Shown here: positions 7,118 to 15,812 of the stretch, piece by piece
How positions within the stretch are numbered: position 1 is the first letter of the stretch
How the letters are laid out: each line of letters starts with the position of its first letter
From: Ilumatobacteraceae bacterium
Lineage (GTDB): Bacteria > Actinomycetota > Acidimicrobiia > Acidimicrobiales > Ilumatobacteraceae
Direction of reading: 5' to 3'
Length of the DNA stretch: 35,453 nucleotides
NCBI GenBank assembly: GCA_044376595.1
Contig: JBILKS010000001.1
Span: forward strand, 1-35,453
The notes under the pieces: model-generated
What the model saw: the letters and a program-made list of their open reading frames with translations, nothing else
What the model was told of the DNA's origin: nothing
The model's database searches: none
Position numbers and translations under genes: made by a program

Positions 7118-8713
7118 TCAGCCTCCGATGTTCGTGAGAATCGAGGCAACAGCCGGGTCGATGACCTTGAACAACAAGTTCGGCACGACACCGAAAAGAA
7201 GAATCGCTGCCAAGAGCGGTGTCCAGGCAATCCACTCGAACATCGTGACGTCGTGGATCTCTTCAGTGTCGTGGCCGTGACCGTCACTGTGGCCGTGATC
7301 ATGGCCGTGATCATGGCCGGCACCATGGCCGGCAGCGTGGCCGTCGTTCTTCGGCTCACCGAACGCCGTGCGCTGATAGAGCCACAAGAGATAGGCGGCG
7401 GCAAGCACGGTTCCCATGGCTGCGATCACCATGTACACACGGAAGAGCTCCTCAGAGAGGCCATCGGCCGGGTTGTAGGCCGAAAGGATTGCGGGGAACT
7501 CACCCCAGAACCCGGCTAGTCCGGGCAGACCGAGCGATGCCATGGCACAAAAGCCGAGGATCCAACCCATCTTGGGGATCTGCTTCAACATGCCACTGAG
7601 CTTGGCGATCTCCAAGGTGTGGTAGCGCTCTTTCACGCTTCCGGCAATGAAGAACAACATGCCGGTGATCAGACCGTGAGCAACCATGCCGAACACTGCT
7701 GCGTTGATGCCGAAGGACGTGAGGGTGGAGATTCCCAACATCACAAAGCCCATGTGGGCTACCGATGAAAAAGCGATGAGTCGCTTCATGTCGGTCTGAG
7801 CGAGACAGCCGAGCGCACCGTAAATGATGCCAATGACTGCCAGCAGTCCGATCCACGGCGCCCATTCGATGGCCGCATCGGGAAGAACAGGAATCGCAAT
7901 ACGAACGAACCCGTAGGTGCCCAACTTCAACAAGATGGCGGCGAGGATCACAGAGCCCTGCGTGGGCGCCTGGGTATGGGCGTCGGGCAGCCACGTGTGG
8001 AACGGGAACATCGGCACCTTCACGGCGAAACCGATGAACATGCCCGCAAAGATCCACACCTGGGTGTTCTTGGCAATGGCGCCACCGTTCTCCACCAGAT
8101 ACGGAATCGCAAAGCTCTCGGCACCGGTCTTGAAGAAGAGTGCGAGGAAGGCCACCAGCATGAGAGCTGAACCGAACATCGTGTAGAGGAAGAACTTGAG
8201 CGATGCGTACTGGCGGTTCTCGCCGCCCCACACGCCGATCATGAAGTACATCGGCAACAGCACCAACTCGAAGAACACGAAGAACAGCACCAGATCCTGG
8301 GCGATGAATGTTCCGGCCATACCGGTCTGCAACACGAGCATGAGGATGAAGAACGCCTTCGGATTGCCCGGCGACGGAACATGGTTCCAGCTGTAGATCA
8401 TCACGAGAACCGTGATGACCATCGAGAGGAAGTAGAGCGGCAAACTGATGCCGTCGATTCCGATGTAGTAGGTGCTCTTGATGACCGAGATCCAGTTGGT
8501 CTCCGCCACGAATTGCATGTCTCCAGCACGGTCGTAGTTGAACTGTGTCAGCGTGTACACGCCGACACCGAGTGTTGCCACGGCGGTGATCAGTGCCACT
8601 GCCTTGTTCAACTGCTCTTCCGCTTTGGGGATGAACAGCATCACCAGCACACCGGCTAGCGGTAGGAAGGTGCCGACGCTGAGCACCCAGTTGGCGTCAC
8701 GGAGTTGTTCCAT
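7118..8713 (-). CDS. nuoM: NADH-quinone oxidoreductase subunit M (cluster 1), with a His-rich loop insert
   Basis: 531 aa with FPFHTWLPDAHTQAPTQGSVILA and LKRLIAFSSVAHMGF signatures. GAGGAG SD upstream of the ATG at 8713. Confidence 0.9.
   Translation of the reverse strand: MEQLRDANWVLSVGTFLPLAGVLVMLFIPKAEEQLNKAVALITAVATLGVGVYTLTQFNYDRAGDMQFVAETNWISVIKSTYYIGIDGISLPLYFLSMVITVLVMIYSWNHVPSPGNPKAFFILMLVLQTGMAGTFIAQDLVLFFVFFELVLLPMYFMIGVWGGENRQYASLKFFLYTMFGSALMLVAFLALFFKTGAESFAIPYLVENGGAIAKNTQVWIFAGMFIGFAVKVPMFPFHTWLPDAHTQAPTQGSVILAAILLKLGTYGFVRIAIPVLPDAAIEWAPWIGLLAVIGIIYGALGCLAQTDMKRLIAFSSVAHMGFVMLGISTLTSFGINAAVFGMVAHGLITGMLFFIAGSVKERYHTLEIAKLSGMLKQIPKMGWILGFCAMASLGLPGLAGFWGEFPAILSAYNPADGLSEELFRVYMVIAAMGTVLAAAYLLWLYQRTAFGEPKNDGHAAGHGAGHDHGHDHGHSDGHGHDTEEIHDVTMFEWIAWTPLLAAILLFGVVPNLLFKVIDPAVASILTNIGG
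7250..7348 (-). repeat. Low-complexity coding repeat encoding NDGHAAGHGAGHDHGHDHGHSDGHGHDTEEIHD in NuoM (cluster 1)
   Basis: Roughly 12-nt periodic gtggccgtga(c/t)c / atggccg... units on the plus strand. 10 His in 33 residues. Confidence 0.85.
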
Positions 8714-8726
8714 GCCGAATTGCTCC

Positions 8727-11060
8727 TCAGGTGTTGATGATGATTAGGACGAGACCTGCAACTGCCGCAGCAGCGAAGAGCAGAGCCCCGTATTGGTTGA
8801 CCTTGCCGGACTGCACCGGACGCAGAGCGCCTCCGGTGCCCCGGGCGAGAGTGCCCGATCCGTTGACCGCCCCGTCGACCACACGCTGGTCGACGTTGCG
8901 ATACACCCAGCCGGCCACCTTGCGGGTGACCAGGCCGAAACCGTTGACGATGCCGTCGAGAATGTTCTGGTTGATCCAGTAGGCCGCCTTGGCGATCGGG
9001 TGAGCGATGCCATGAACGATGACCTTTTCATAGAGAGCATCGAGGTAGTACTTGTTGACCAGGAAGGTGTAACCGCCGGCCAGCAATTTGTTCCGCTTGG
9101 TGAGGCCCACGAGCGCACCAGTCTTCTTGGTGTACAACTGAACGCTCACCAGCCAACTGATCACGATTCCGGCGAACACGATGGCCAACGACAGTGCCGC
9201 CTTCGACCACTTGAAGGGTGCGTGCTTCAACTGTGGTGCGTAACACACGCCGGCCTCGGGAGTTTTCTTGCCGCACGGCGAGTCGTACTTGCCCCCAGCC
9301 TGCAACGCCGCCGCAGGCACCACGTACTTCGCATGGCCGGCAGCTCCGTGGTCCATGTCTTCGACGACGACGCCCCGTGGTTCGACCCACTTCTTCATGT
9401 TCTCCCAACGCTCACCGAAAGGCGTTGCGTTGAGCAGACCAGCGCCGATGGCCAGCGTGGCGAGGATCACCAACGGCACCGTGATGAGCGCATTGCTCTC
9501 GTGCGGTCCGTGCGATGCGTGTGCGTCATGACCGTGGTCATCGTGACCGTGGTCATCATGGCCGTGCGCATCATCGCCGTGATCATCATGCTCTTCGTCG
9601 TGATGCTCACCGGCCGCGGCGCCGCGTGGGCTGCCGAAGAAAGTGAGGTACGTCGCGCGGGTCATGTACGCAGCAGTCATGAAGGCGCCGACCAGGCCCA
9701 CGATCATGAACGCGTTGTATCCGGCGTAGCCAACGTTGTCGATGATTTCGTCTTTCGAGAAGAAGCCCGACAGGGGGAACACACCGCACAGCGCAAGAGT
9801 CGAGATGACCCAAGTGACGAAAGTGATCGGCATGAACTTGCGCAGGCCGCCCATGTCCTTCTTCATGTCGAAAGAGTGATGTGAGCCGCTGTGGCTCACC
9901 GAACCGGCGCCGAGGAACAGGCATGCCTTGAAGAACGCGTGGGTAAAGATGTGGAAGACGGCTGGCAGCCACGCTCCGGCGCCCAGGCCCATCATCATGT
10001 AACCCAACTGGCTCACCGTTGAGTACGCGAGGACCTTCTTGATGTCGTTCTGAACGAAAGCCAGGGCCGCAGCAATCACGATAGTGATGCCGCCAATCAG
10101 CGTGATCATGTTCATGCCCGAGCCGTAGATGTTCATGCCCTCGAAAAACACGGGGTAGAGACGAGCCACCAGGAACACGCCTGCCACAACCATGGTGGAC
10201 GAGTGCAGAAGCGAACTGACAGGAGTGGGCCCGGCCATGGCATCGGGCAACCACGTGTGCAAGGGGAACTGGCCGCTCTTGCCGATGCAGGCGATGAACA
10301 ACGCCACTGCGCCCATCGTGATGGCCGTGCTGCTGGGGTTGCCGCTCAGCGCCCACGCCGACAGGCCCCGAATGCTGAAGCCGGACACACCCAGGTGCTC
10401 TTGCGTCCAGGAGTTGGCACTGAAGAACAGAATGCTGGTTCCGACCAAGAGGCCGATGTCGCCGGTACGCGTGGTGAAGAAGGCCTTGAGTGCGGCACGG
10501 CTGTTGGCGCCGTCTTCCCACCAGTGACCGATCAGCATGAACGAGCAGAGGCCCATGATTTCCCAGCCAAGAATCAACTGGATCATGTTGTCGGCGATGA
10601 CCATGTTCATCATGCCGGCCGAGAACAACGTGAGTGACGCGAAGAAGTGCGTGTAGCGACGGTCACCGCGCAGGTACTCGAGCGAATAAATCTGCACGAG
10701 CGACGAGATGAACGCAACCACCACGAGAACCGTCAAGGCAAGACCGTCGATGTGCTGGCCAATGGTGAAGGAGAAACCGCCGCTGTCCCACCATGTCCAC
10801 GACTTGATCACCGGGTCGATGAACTGCTCTTCACCGGCACCGTTGACCCGCTGGATCCACTGATAGCCGGCTCCGCCGGCCATCACCAGCGAGGCAAGCA
10901 TGGAGAGAACGCCGAACTCGCTTCCCTTCATGGGCATCTTCTTCCCGAAGAAGATGATGAGGGCGAATGCAACCGCCGGAACGATGGGAATGATCCAGAC
11001 GTGTTCCAGGAACCAGCCGGATTTCAGGGCCTCAGCGGCCACTTCAGATGCAGCAAACAT
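8727..11060 (-). CDS. nuoL: NADH-quinone oxidoreductase subunit L (cluster 1), unusually long at 777 aa
   Basis: FPLHTWLPDAMAGPTPVSSLLHSSTMVVAGVFL signature. C-terminal lateral-helix region ...NKYYLDALYEKV...VDGAVNG... and a final TM. Two insertions relative to the cluster-2 paralog (636 aa). Confidence 0.9.
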   Translation of the reverse strand: MFAASEVAAEALKSGWFLEHVWIIPIVPAVAFALIIFFGKKMPMKGSEFGVLSMLASLVMAGGAGYQWIQRVNGAGEEQFIDPVIKSWTWWDSGGFSFTIGQHIDGLALTVLVVVAFISSLVQIYSLEYLRGDRRYTHFFASLTLFSAGMMNMVIADNMIQLILGWEIMGLCSFMLIGHWWEDGANSRAALKAFFTTRTGDIGLLVGTSILFFSANSWTQEHLGVSGFSIRGLSAWALSGNPSSTAITMGAVALFIACIGKSGQFPLHTWLPDAMAGPTPVSSLLHSSTMVVAGVFLVARLYPVFFEGMNIYGSGMNMITLIGGITIVIAAALAFVQNDIKKVLAYSTVSQLGYMMMGLGAGAWLPAVFHIFTHAFFKACLFLGAGSVSHSGSHHSFDMKKDMGGLRKFMPITFVTWVISTLALCGVFPLSGFFSKDEIIDNVGYAGYNAFMIVGLVGAFMTAAYMTRATYLTFFGSPRGAAAGEHHDEEHDDHGDDAHGHDDHGHDDHGHDAHASHGPHESNALITVPLVILATLAIGAGLLNATPFGERWENMKKWVEPRGVVVEDMDHGAAGHAKYVVPAAALQAGGKYDSPCGKKTPEAGVCYAPQLKHAPFKWSKAALSLAIVFAGIVISWLVSVQLYTKKTGALVGLTKRNKLLAGGYTFLVNKYYLDALYEKVIVHGIAHPIAKAAYWINQNILDGIVNGFGLVTRKVAGWVYRNVDQRVVDGAVNGSGTLARGTGGALRPVQSGKVNQYGALLFAAAAVAGLVLIIINT
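9495..9611 (-). repeat. Low-complexity coding repeat encoding GEHHDEEHDDHGDDAHGHDDHGHDDHGHDAHASHGPHES in NuoL (cluster 1)
   Basis: Repeated gtcatgaccgtg / gtcatcgtgaccgtg / gtcatcatggccgtg units on the plus strand. 13 His and 11 Asp in 39 residues. Confidence 0.85.
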
Positions 11061-11062
11061 CG

Positions 11063-11362
11063 TTAACCCTTCATCTCCGACAGTTCGTCAAGCGCAATCG
11101 AACGACGATTGCGGTAGACGAGGAGCACCAACGCCAGACCCACGCCCACTTCCGCAGCGGCCACGGCGATGATGTACAACGCAAAAACATGCCCATCGAC
11201 GCTGCCGTTGCGCAGCGCAAAAGCGAGAAGGTTGATGTTGACCGAGTTCAAGATGAGCTCGATCGACATGAGAACCATCACGGCGTTGCGACGGGCGATG
11301 ACTCCATAGACACCGATGCAGAACAACACGGCACCGAGGAGGAGGAACTGGTTCACCAACAT
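11063..11362 (-). CDS. nuoK: NADH-quinone oxidoreductase subunit K (cluster 1)
   Basis: 99 aa, 3 TM, with SIELILNSVNINLLAF and IAVAAAEVGVGLALV motifs. Confidence 0.9.
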   Translation of the reverse strand: MLVNQFLLLGAVLFCIGVYGVIARRNAVMVLMSIELILNSVNINLLAFALRNGSVDGHVFALYIIAVAAAEVGVGLALVLLVYRNRRSIALDELSEMKG

Positions 11363-11365
11363 GTC

Positions 11366-11860
11366 TCAGTCCTTCCTTGCCAGAACGATGGCTCCGATGA
11401 CGGCAACCAAGAGAACGAATGACAGTGCCCAGAACGGCAACAGGTACGGGCCGAAGATCTCGTCGGAAATCTGCTGGGTGTTCACGACGGCCGCATCGGT
11501 GGGCAGCTCTTCGTCACCAAAACCCGAGATCAAGGCAATGACCATGACGGTCAACAACAGGCCGGCGGCCGGAAGACCGAGGTACCACGTGGAGTTGTTC
11601 AGTTCCTTTTCTTGGCCCAACTGCGCGCGGGTGAGCATGGTTCCGAAGAGGAACAACACCATCACGGCTCCGACATAGACGAGGATCTGGGTGATCGCCA
11701 CGAACTCGGCGGCGAGGATGATGTACTGCGCCGCGGCGCCCGTGAGCACCAACACCAACCACAGTGCGGCGTGCACCACGTTCTTCACGGTGACCACGCG
11801 CACGGCACCAAAGACCATGATGAGAGCAACGATCCCGAAGGCGATGTTCTGGGCAACCAT
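11366..11860 (-). CDS. nuoJ: NADH-quinone oxidoreductase subunit J (cluster 1)
   Basis: 164 aa from the ATG at 11860 ([23 protein letters not shown]...). ILVYVGAVMVLFLF motif. The ATG shares one base with the nuoI TAA (TAATG). The upstream part of the 263-aa track ORF overlaps nuoI and is rejected. Confidence 0.85.
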   Translation of the reverse strand: MVAQNIAFGIVALIMVFGAVRVVTVKNVVHAALWLVLVLTGAAAQYIILAAEFVAITQILVYVGAVMVLFLFGTMLTRAQLGQEKELNNSTWYLGLPAAGLLLTVMVIALISGFGDEELPTDAAVVNTQQISDEIFGPYLLPFWALSFVLLVAVIGAIVLARKD

Positions 11861-12351
11861 TACTTCTTGCCCTTCTTCTCTGCACCGGCTTCGAGCTCGG
11901 GGGCTTCGGGCACCGTCTCCATCCACTCGCCCAACTTGGCTTTGTCGTGAAGAAGATCGGCAATGCGCGGTTCGGAGTATTCGTATTCGGGGCTCCAGAA
12001 CAGCGCGTCGAACGGGCACACTTCGACGCAGATTCCGCAATACATGCAGAGTGCGTAGTCGATGTCGAATCGATCGAGTTTGTTGACTTGGCGCGGCTTG
12101 CCTCCGGCGCGGCGGGGCGGTGCCAGTTCCTTGTGTCCCTCGATGTAGATGCACCAATCAGGACACGAACGCGCACAGAGCATGCACGACGTGCAGTTTC
12201 CCTCGTGGAGAGCGATGACACCGCGCGCACGAATCGGCGGTGCTTCTTTTTCGTGGGGGTATTGAACGGTGTTGGCACCCTTTGTGATGGTTTCCACCAT
12301 CGTGTTGAGGGTGACACCGAGACCCTTGAAGAGACCGGGAACCTTCGCCAT
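11860..12351 (-). CDS. nuoI: NADH-quinone oxidoreductase subunit I (cluster 1), 2x[4Fe-4S] ferredoxin-type
   Basis: From the ATG at 12351 ([15 protein letters not shown]...). Contains [12 protein letters not shown] and [16 protein letters not shown] overlap with the nuoH stop. Confidence 0.9.
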   Translation of the reverse strand: MAKVPGLFKGLGVTLNTMVETITKGANTVQYPHEKEAPPIRARGVIALHEGNCTSCMLCARSCPDWCIYIEGHKELAPPRRAGGKPRQVNKLDRFDIDYALCMYCGICVEVCPFDALFWSPEYEYSEPRIADLLHDKAKLGEWMETVPEAPELEAGAEKKGKK

Positions 12352-13403
12352 CAGAACGCCACCTTCAGAACAGCCGTCACCATGATGTTGACGAGCGAGA
12401 CGGGGATCAGGAACTTCCACGCGAAGCGCTGGAGTTGGTCTTCACGGAAACGGGGGAAGCTGAAACGCACCCACATGCTGAGGAACACCAGCAACATCAT
12501 CTTCGTGAACATGATCAGCGGGCCGACCACATTCATCCAGTTGTCGATGTCGCCGATGGAGTCCCATCCGAACCATGCAAACGGAACTCCCCAACCGCCC
12601 AGGAACAACACCGATGCGATGAGAGCGAAAACTCCGGCCGTGGCAAACTCGGCGATGAAGAAGATGAGGAATCGGAAACCCGAGTACTCGGTCATGTAGC
12701 CCGACACCAGTTCCGATTCCGCGATGGGCATGTCGAACGGTGTCTGGGTGAGTTCGGCCTGTACCGCGATCATGAAGACCGCGAAACCAACGAACTGAGT
12801 GAGGATGTAGGGATTGCCCAGACCGTTCCAGCCGAACATCTCGCCGGCATTCTGCGCAACGACAATCTGCTGGAGGTTCATGGTTCCGGCCTGGATCACC
12901 ACGCCGACAACTGCAAGAACCATGGGCAACTCGTAGGCGATCAGCTGACCGGCTGCGCGCAAACCACCGAGCAACGAGTACTTGTTGGCACTGGCCCAAC
13001 CCGCAATCAAGATGCCGAGCACCGAGACCGACGAGACTGCCAACGCATAGAACACACCGGCCTCGAAGTCGGTGAACCACGCGTCGGGCCCGAAGGGCAC
13101 GACCGCCACCAGGAGGAACGTGCTGGTGAGAACGACAAGTGGTGCGATCTTGAAGATGAACTTGTCGGCACGCTCCGGGTAGAGGTCTTCTTTCTGAAGC
13201 CACTTGCCGACTTCGGCAAACAACTGCATCGATCCGTATGGGCCGGCTTCCATCGGGCCGAGGCGACTCTGCATGAACGACATCATCTTGAAGAGGAAGA
13301 CGTACACGATGGTTCCCGCGGGCAGGAGAACGGCAACGATGCCACCCAGCACGCGGAAAAGTGACTGAGCCCAATAGGGCATGCTTGCGAGTAACGCGAT
13401 CAT
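12351..13403 (-). CDS. nuoH: NADH-quinone oxidoreductase subunit H (cluster 1)
   Basis: 350 aa polytopic with [45 protein letters not shown] and RFREDQL motifs. ATGA overlap with the nuoD stop. Confidence 0.9.
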   Translation of the reverse strand: MIALLASMPYWAQSLFRVLGGIVAVLLPAGTIVYVFLFKMMSFMQSRLGPMEAGPYGSMQLFAEVGKWLQKEDLYPERADKFIFKIAPLVVLTSTFLLVAVVPFGPDAWFTDFEAGVFYALAVSSVSVLGILIAGWASANKYSLLGGLRAAGQLIAYELPMVLAVVGVVIQAGTMNLQQIVVAQNAGEMFGWNGLGNPYILTQFVGFAVFMIAVQAELTQTPFDMPIAESELVSGYMTEYSGFRFLIFFIAEFATAGVFALIASVLFLGGWGVPFAWFGWDSIGDIDNWMNVVGPLIMFTKMMLLVFLSMWVRFSFPRFREDQLQRFAWKFLIPVSLVNIMVTAVLKVAF

Positions 13404-14602
13404 CAGCGGTCAATGTCTCCGAGAATGAAGTACAGCGAAGCCAGAATGGTGATGATGTCGGGCACGTACACGCCCTTCAGCAACCACGGCACGATGGAAA
13501 TGTTGTTGAAACTGGCCGAACGGATCTTGACGCGGAAGGGGCCGAGATCGCCCTTCGAGACCACGTAGTAACCCATCTCGCCGAGAGGATTTTCTGTTGC
13601 CACCCAGGCTTCGCCCTCGGGCACCTTGATGATGCGCGGCACCTTGGTCATGACAGGCCCCGACGGAATCGAGTCGAGAAGTCGCTCAACGATGTACGTG
13701 GACTCGCGAGTCTCCTGGAGACGCACCCAACAACGCGCATACGAGTCGCCGTCGAGGTGCGTCCACACCTTCCAGTCGACCTTGTCCCATGCCATCGGCA
13801 GTTTTTGATCGCGACGGAGATCCCAGTCGACGCCGCTGGCACGCAGGTTGGCTCCGGACATTCCGTACTGCAGCGCAATGTCGCGAGGGATCACACCGAT
13901 ACCGCGTGTTCGTGACTCGAAGATCTCGTTGCCGAACAACAGTCCTTCGATTTCGTCGCAGAACTTGCGCATCTTCTTCATCACGGCGCGCGTCTCGTCG
14001 ATCCAACCGGCGGGCAGATCGTCCTTCAGTCCGCCAATGCGGTCGAAGTTCGGGTGGAAGCGACCACCCGTGGCGCTTTCGATGAGGTTGAGAACGTATT
14101 CGCGATCGCGGAATGCGAAGAAGACCGGTGTGACTGCTCCCAGCTGCACGCCGAGGTCACCGAGGAACAACGACACGTTTGCGATGCGCGAAAGCTCGAA
14201 GAGGATGGTGCGAATCCACTGCGCACGGGGCGGGGCTTCGATCTCCATCAGTTGCTCTGCGGCAAGGATGAAGGGAACCTCGTTGGCGAAGCTTCCCAGC
14301 CAGTCGATGCGGTTGACCAAGGCCGTCACCTGCGGGAAAGTGCGCACTTCCGTGAGCTTTTCGTATCCACGGTGCATGTAACCGGCCGAAGGCTCGGCCC
14401 AGATCACTTGCTCGCCGTCGAGACGCGCAATGATCCGCAGTGTGCCGTGCGTGGCCGGATGCTGCGGACCGATGTTGAGCGTCATTCCCTCGGTTTCGAG
14501 TTCCACGTTGACGCGGGCATCAGCGGCCTGCGATGCGATGTAGGCCAACTGTTGGCGATCACTCTGCGGGCTGTTCTGCCTGCCGCCGTCGAGCATTGTC
14601 AT
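13403..14602 (-). CDS. nuoD: NADH-quinone oxidoreductase subunit D (cluster 1), 49-kDa subunit homolog
   Basis: 399 aa with MTLNIGPQHPATHGTLRII, HRGYEKL and a C-terminal LGDIDR. No RxCGxC or DPCxxC Ni-Fe ligand motifs. It is followed directly by nuoH, so nuoE/F/G are absent. Confidence 0.9.
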   Translation of the reverse strand: MTMLDGGRQNSPQSDRQQLAYIASQAADARVNVELETEGMTLNIGPQHPATHGTLRIIARLDGEQVIWAEPSAGYMHRGYEKLTEVRTFPQVTALVNRIDWLGSFANEVPFILAAEQLMEIEAPPRAQWIRTILFELSRIANVSLFLGDLGVQLGAVTPVFFAFRDREYVLNLIESATGGRFHPNFDRIGGLKDDLPAGWIDETRAVMKKMRKFCDEIEGLLFGNEIFESRTRGIGVIPRDIALQYGMSGANLRASGVDWDLRRDQKLPMAWDKVDWKVWTHLDGDSYARCWVRLQETRESTYIVERLLDSIPSGPVMTKVPRIIKVPEGEAWVATENPLGEMGYYVVSKGDLGPFRVKIRSASFNNISIVPWLLKGVYVPDIITILASLYFILGDIDR

Positions 14603-15204
14603 TCTGATGCTCCTTCGCCCTCATCGTCGCCACCAGGCAACGGTTCTACATCGACGATGCCCGGCCATGGCTTGACCATGCGTGCGAGCAACGGGAAATC
14701 CTTTCGCAACGGGTAGCCCTCGAAGTCGGAGGGAAGATACATGTTGCGAAGATCGGGGTGGCCGGCGAAGGTGATGCCGAACATTTCGTGGGCCTCACGT
14801 TCGTGCCAGTTGGCTCCGGCAAAAACACCGGTCCACGAATCCACCGTCCAGGTGTCTTCGGGAACGTCGGCTTTCAAGGTGATTCCTTGGTGGGTGCGAT
14901 GGTTGACCAAACGGGCAAAAACCTGAACCCGAGTTGCACCGCCTGCGTAGCCCTGACGAATAGTCATGTCGATGGGGGCTTTTTCCACGGTGGGGTCTTC
15001 TTCGCCCTTCCCGTACGGAGAGGGCATCCAATCGATGGCCGAAAGGAACGAGAAATAGTCGAAGCCGAGTTTGTCGCGCAGCGCAACGGCGGCATCGCGC
15101 CAGGCATCGGTGCGAACACGCACCCACGGATCTTGGCCGGGCTTTTCGAAGGTCTCTTCGACGAGATCTCCGAGTACAGCGGTGATGTCAGCGAGCGACG
15201 ACAA
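14599..15204 (-). CDS. nuoC: NADH-quinone oxidoreductase subunit C (cluster 1); start codon uncertain
   Basis: [38 protein letters not shown] signature. No in-frame ATG in a plausible position. A TTG at 15204 (AAGGG 8 nt upstream) overlaps the nuoB 3' end by 17 nt. In-frame GTGs further upstream are alternatives. Confidence 0.75.
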   Translation of the reverse strand: MSSLADITAVLGDLVEETFEKPGQDPWVRVRTDAWRDAAVALRDKLGFDYFSFLSAIDWMPSPYGKGEEDPTVEKAPIDMTIRQGYAGGATRVQVFARLVNHRTHQGITLKADVPEDTWTVDSWTGVFAGANWHEREAHEMFGITFAGHPDLRNMYLPSDFEGYPLRKDFPLLARMVKPWPGIVDVEPLPGGDDEGEGASE

Positions 15205-15751
15205 CTGGTTCGCCCTTTCGCTCGGCTTGTTGTGCCGCGTCGGCACCTTGCGACATGGCGACGTAACCCTCACCGCGCCAACGTGCCCCCATGTCTTCGT
15301 TCTTGATGCGCTGTTGCAACAAGACGATGCCCTCAAGCAGAGCCTCGGGCCGAGGTGGGCACCCGGGCACGTACACATCCACGGGAATGATCTGGTCGAC
15401 ACCCTTGGTGACGGAGTAGCTGTCCCAATACGGACCGCCACAGTTTGCGCAGCTTCCCATGGAGATCACGTACTTCGGTTCGGGCATCTGCTCGTAGAGG
15501 CGCTTGATAGCAGGAGCCATCTTGTCTGTCACTGTTCCGGAAATGACGACGAGGTCAGCCTGACGGGGACTGGCCGGCAACGGAATCACGCCGAGGCGCA
15601 TCACGTCGTAGCGAGGAGAACCGAATGCCGCACCCATTTCGATGGCGCAACAGGCCAATCCCCACTGATACACCCACAAGCTGTACGAGCGTCCAAGATT
15701 GAAAAGTGAAGTCAGCGGCTTGGGCAACCGACCACGATCTACGAGTCCCAT
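15188..15751 (-). CDS. nuoB: NADH-quinone oxidoreductase subunit B (cluster 1), N2 cluster-binding
   Basis: 187 aa with [21 protein letters not shown] and [11 protein letters not shown]. It carries a hydrophilic C-terminal extension of about 35 aa. Confidence 0.9.
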   Translation of the reverse strand: MGLVDRGRLPKPLTSLFNLGRSYSLWVYQWGLACCAIEMGAAFGSPRYDVMRLGVIPLPASPRQADLVVISGTVTDKMAPAIKRLYEQMPEPKYVISMGSCANCGGPYWDSYSVTKGVDQIIPVDVYVPGCPPRPEALLEGIVLLQQRIKNEDMGARWRGEGYVAMSQGADAAQQAERKGEPVVVAR

Positions 15752-15812
15752 AAATCTTTCTCTCTCGACCTTTTCTCTGCGTCTTCTCTACGACCCACAC
15801 GGATGTGCGGGG
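15752..15812 (-). other. Unusually long, purine-rich spacer between nuoA and nuoB (cluster 1)
   Basis: Minus-strand reading: gggtgtagccccgcacatccgtgtgggtcgtagagaagacgcagagaaaaggtcgagagagaaagattt, then ATG. Every other junction in both nuo clusters is at most 13 nt or overlapping. Confidence 0.5.

Noticed and set aside
5645-7519. 624-aa plus-strand ORF, the longest plus-strand ORF in this part of the window
   Set aside because: It lies entirely antisense to nuoN1/nuoM1, which have clear family motifs. Its translation is His/Arg/Gly/Asp-rich with no recognisable domain. Long antisense ORFs are expected in GC-rich DNA.
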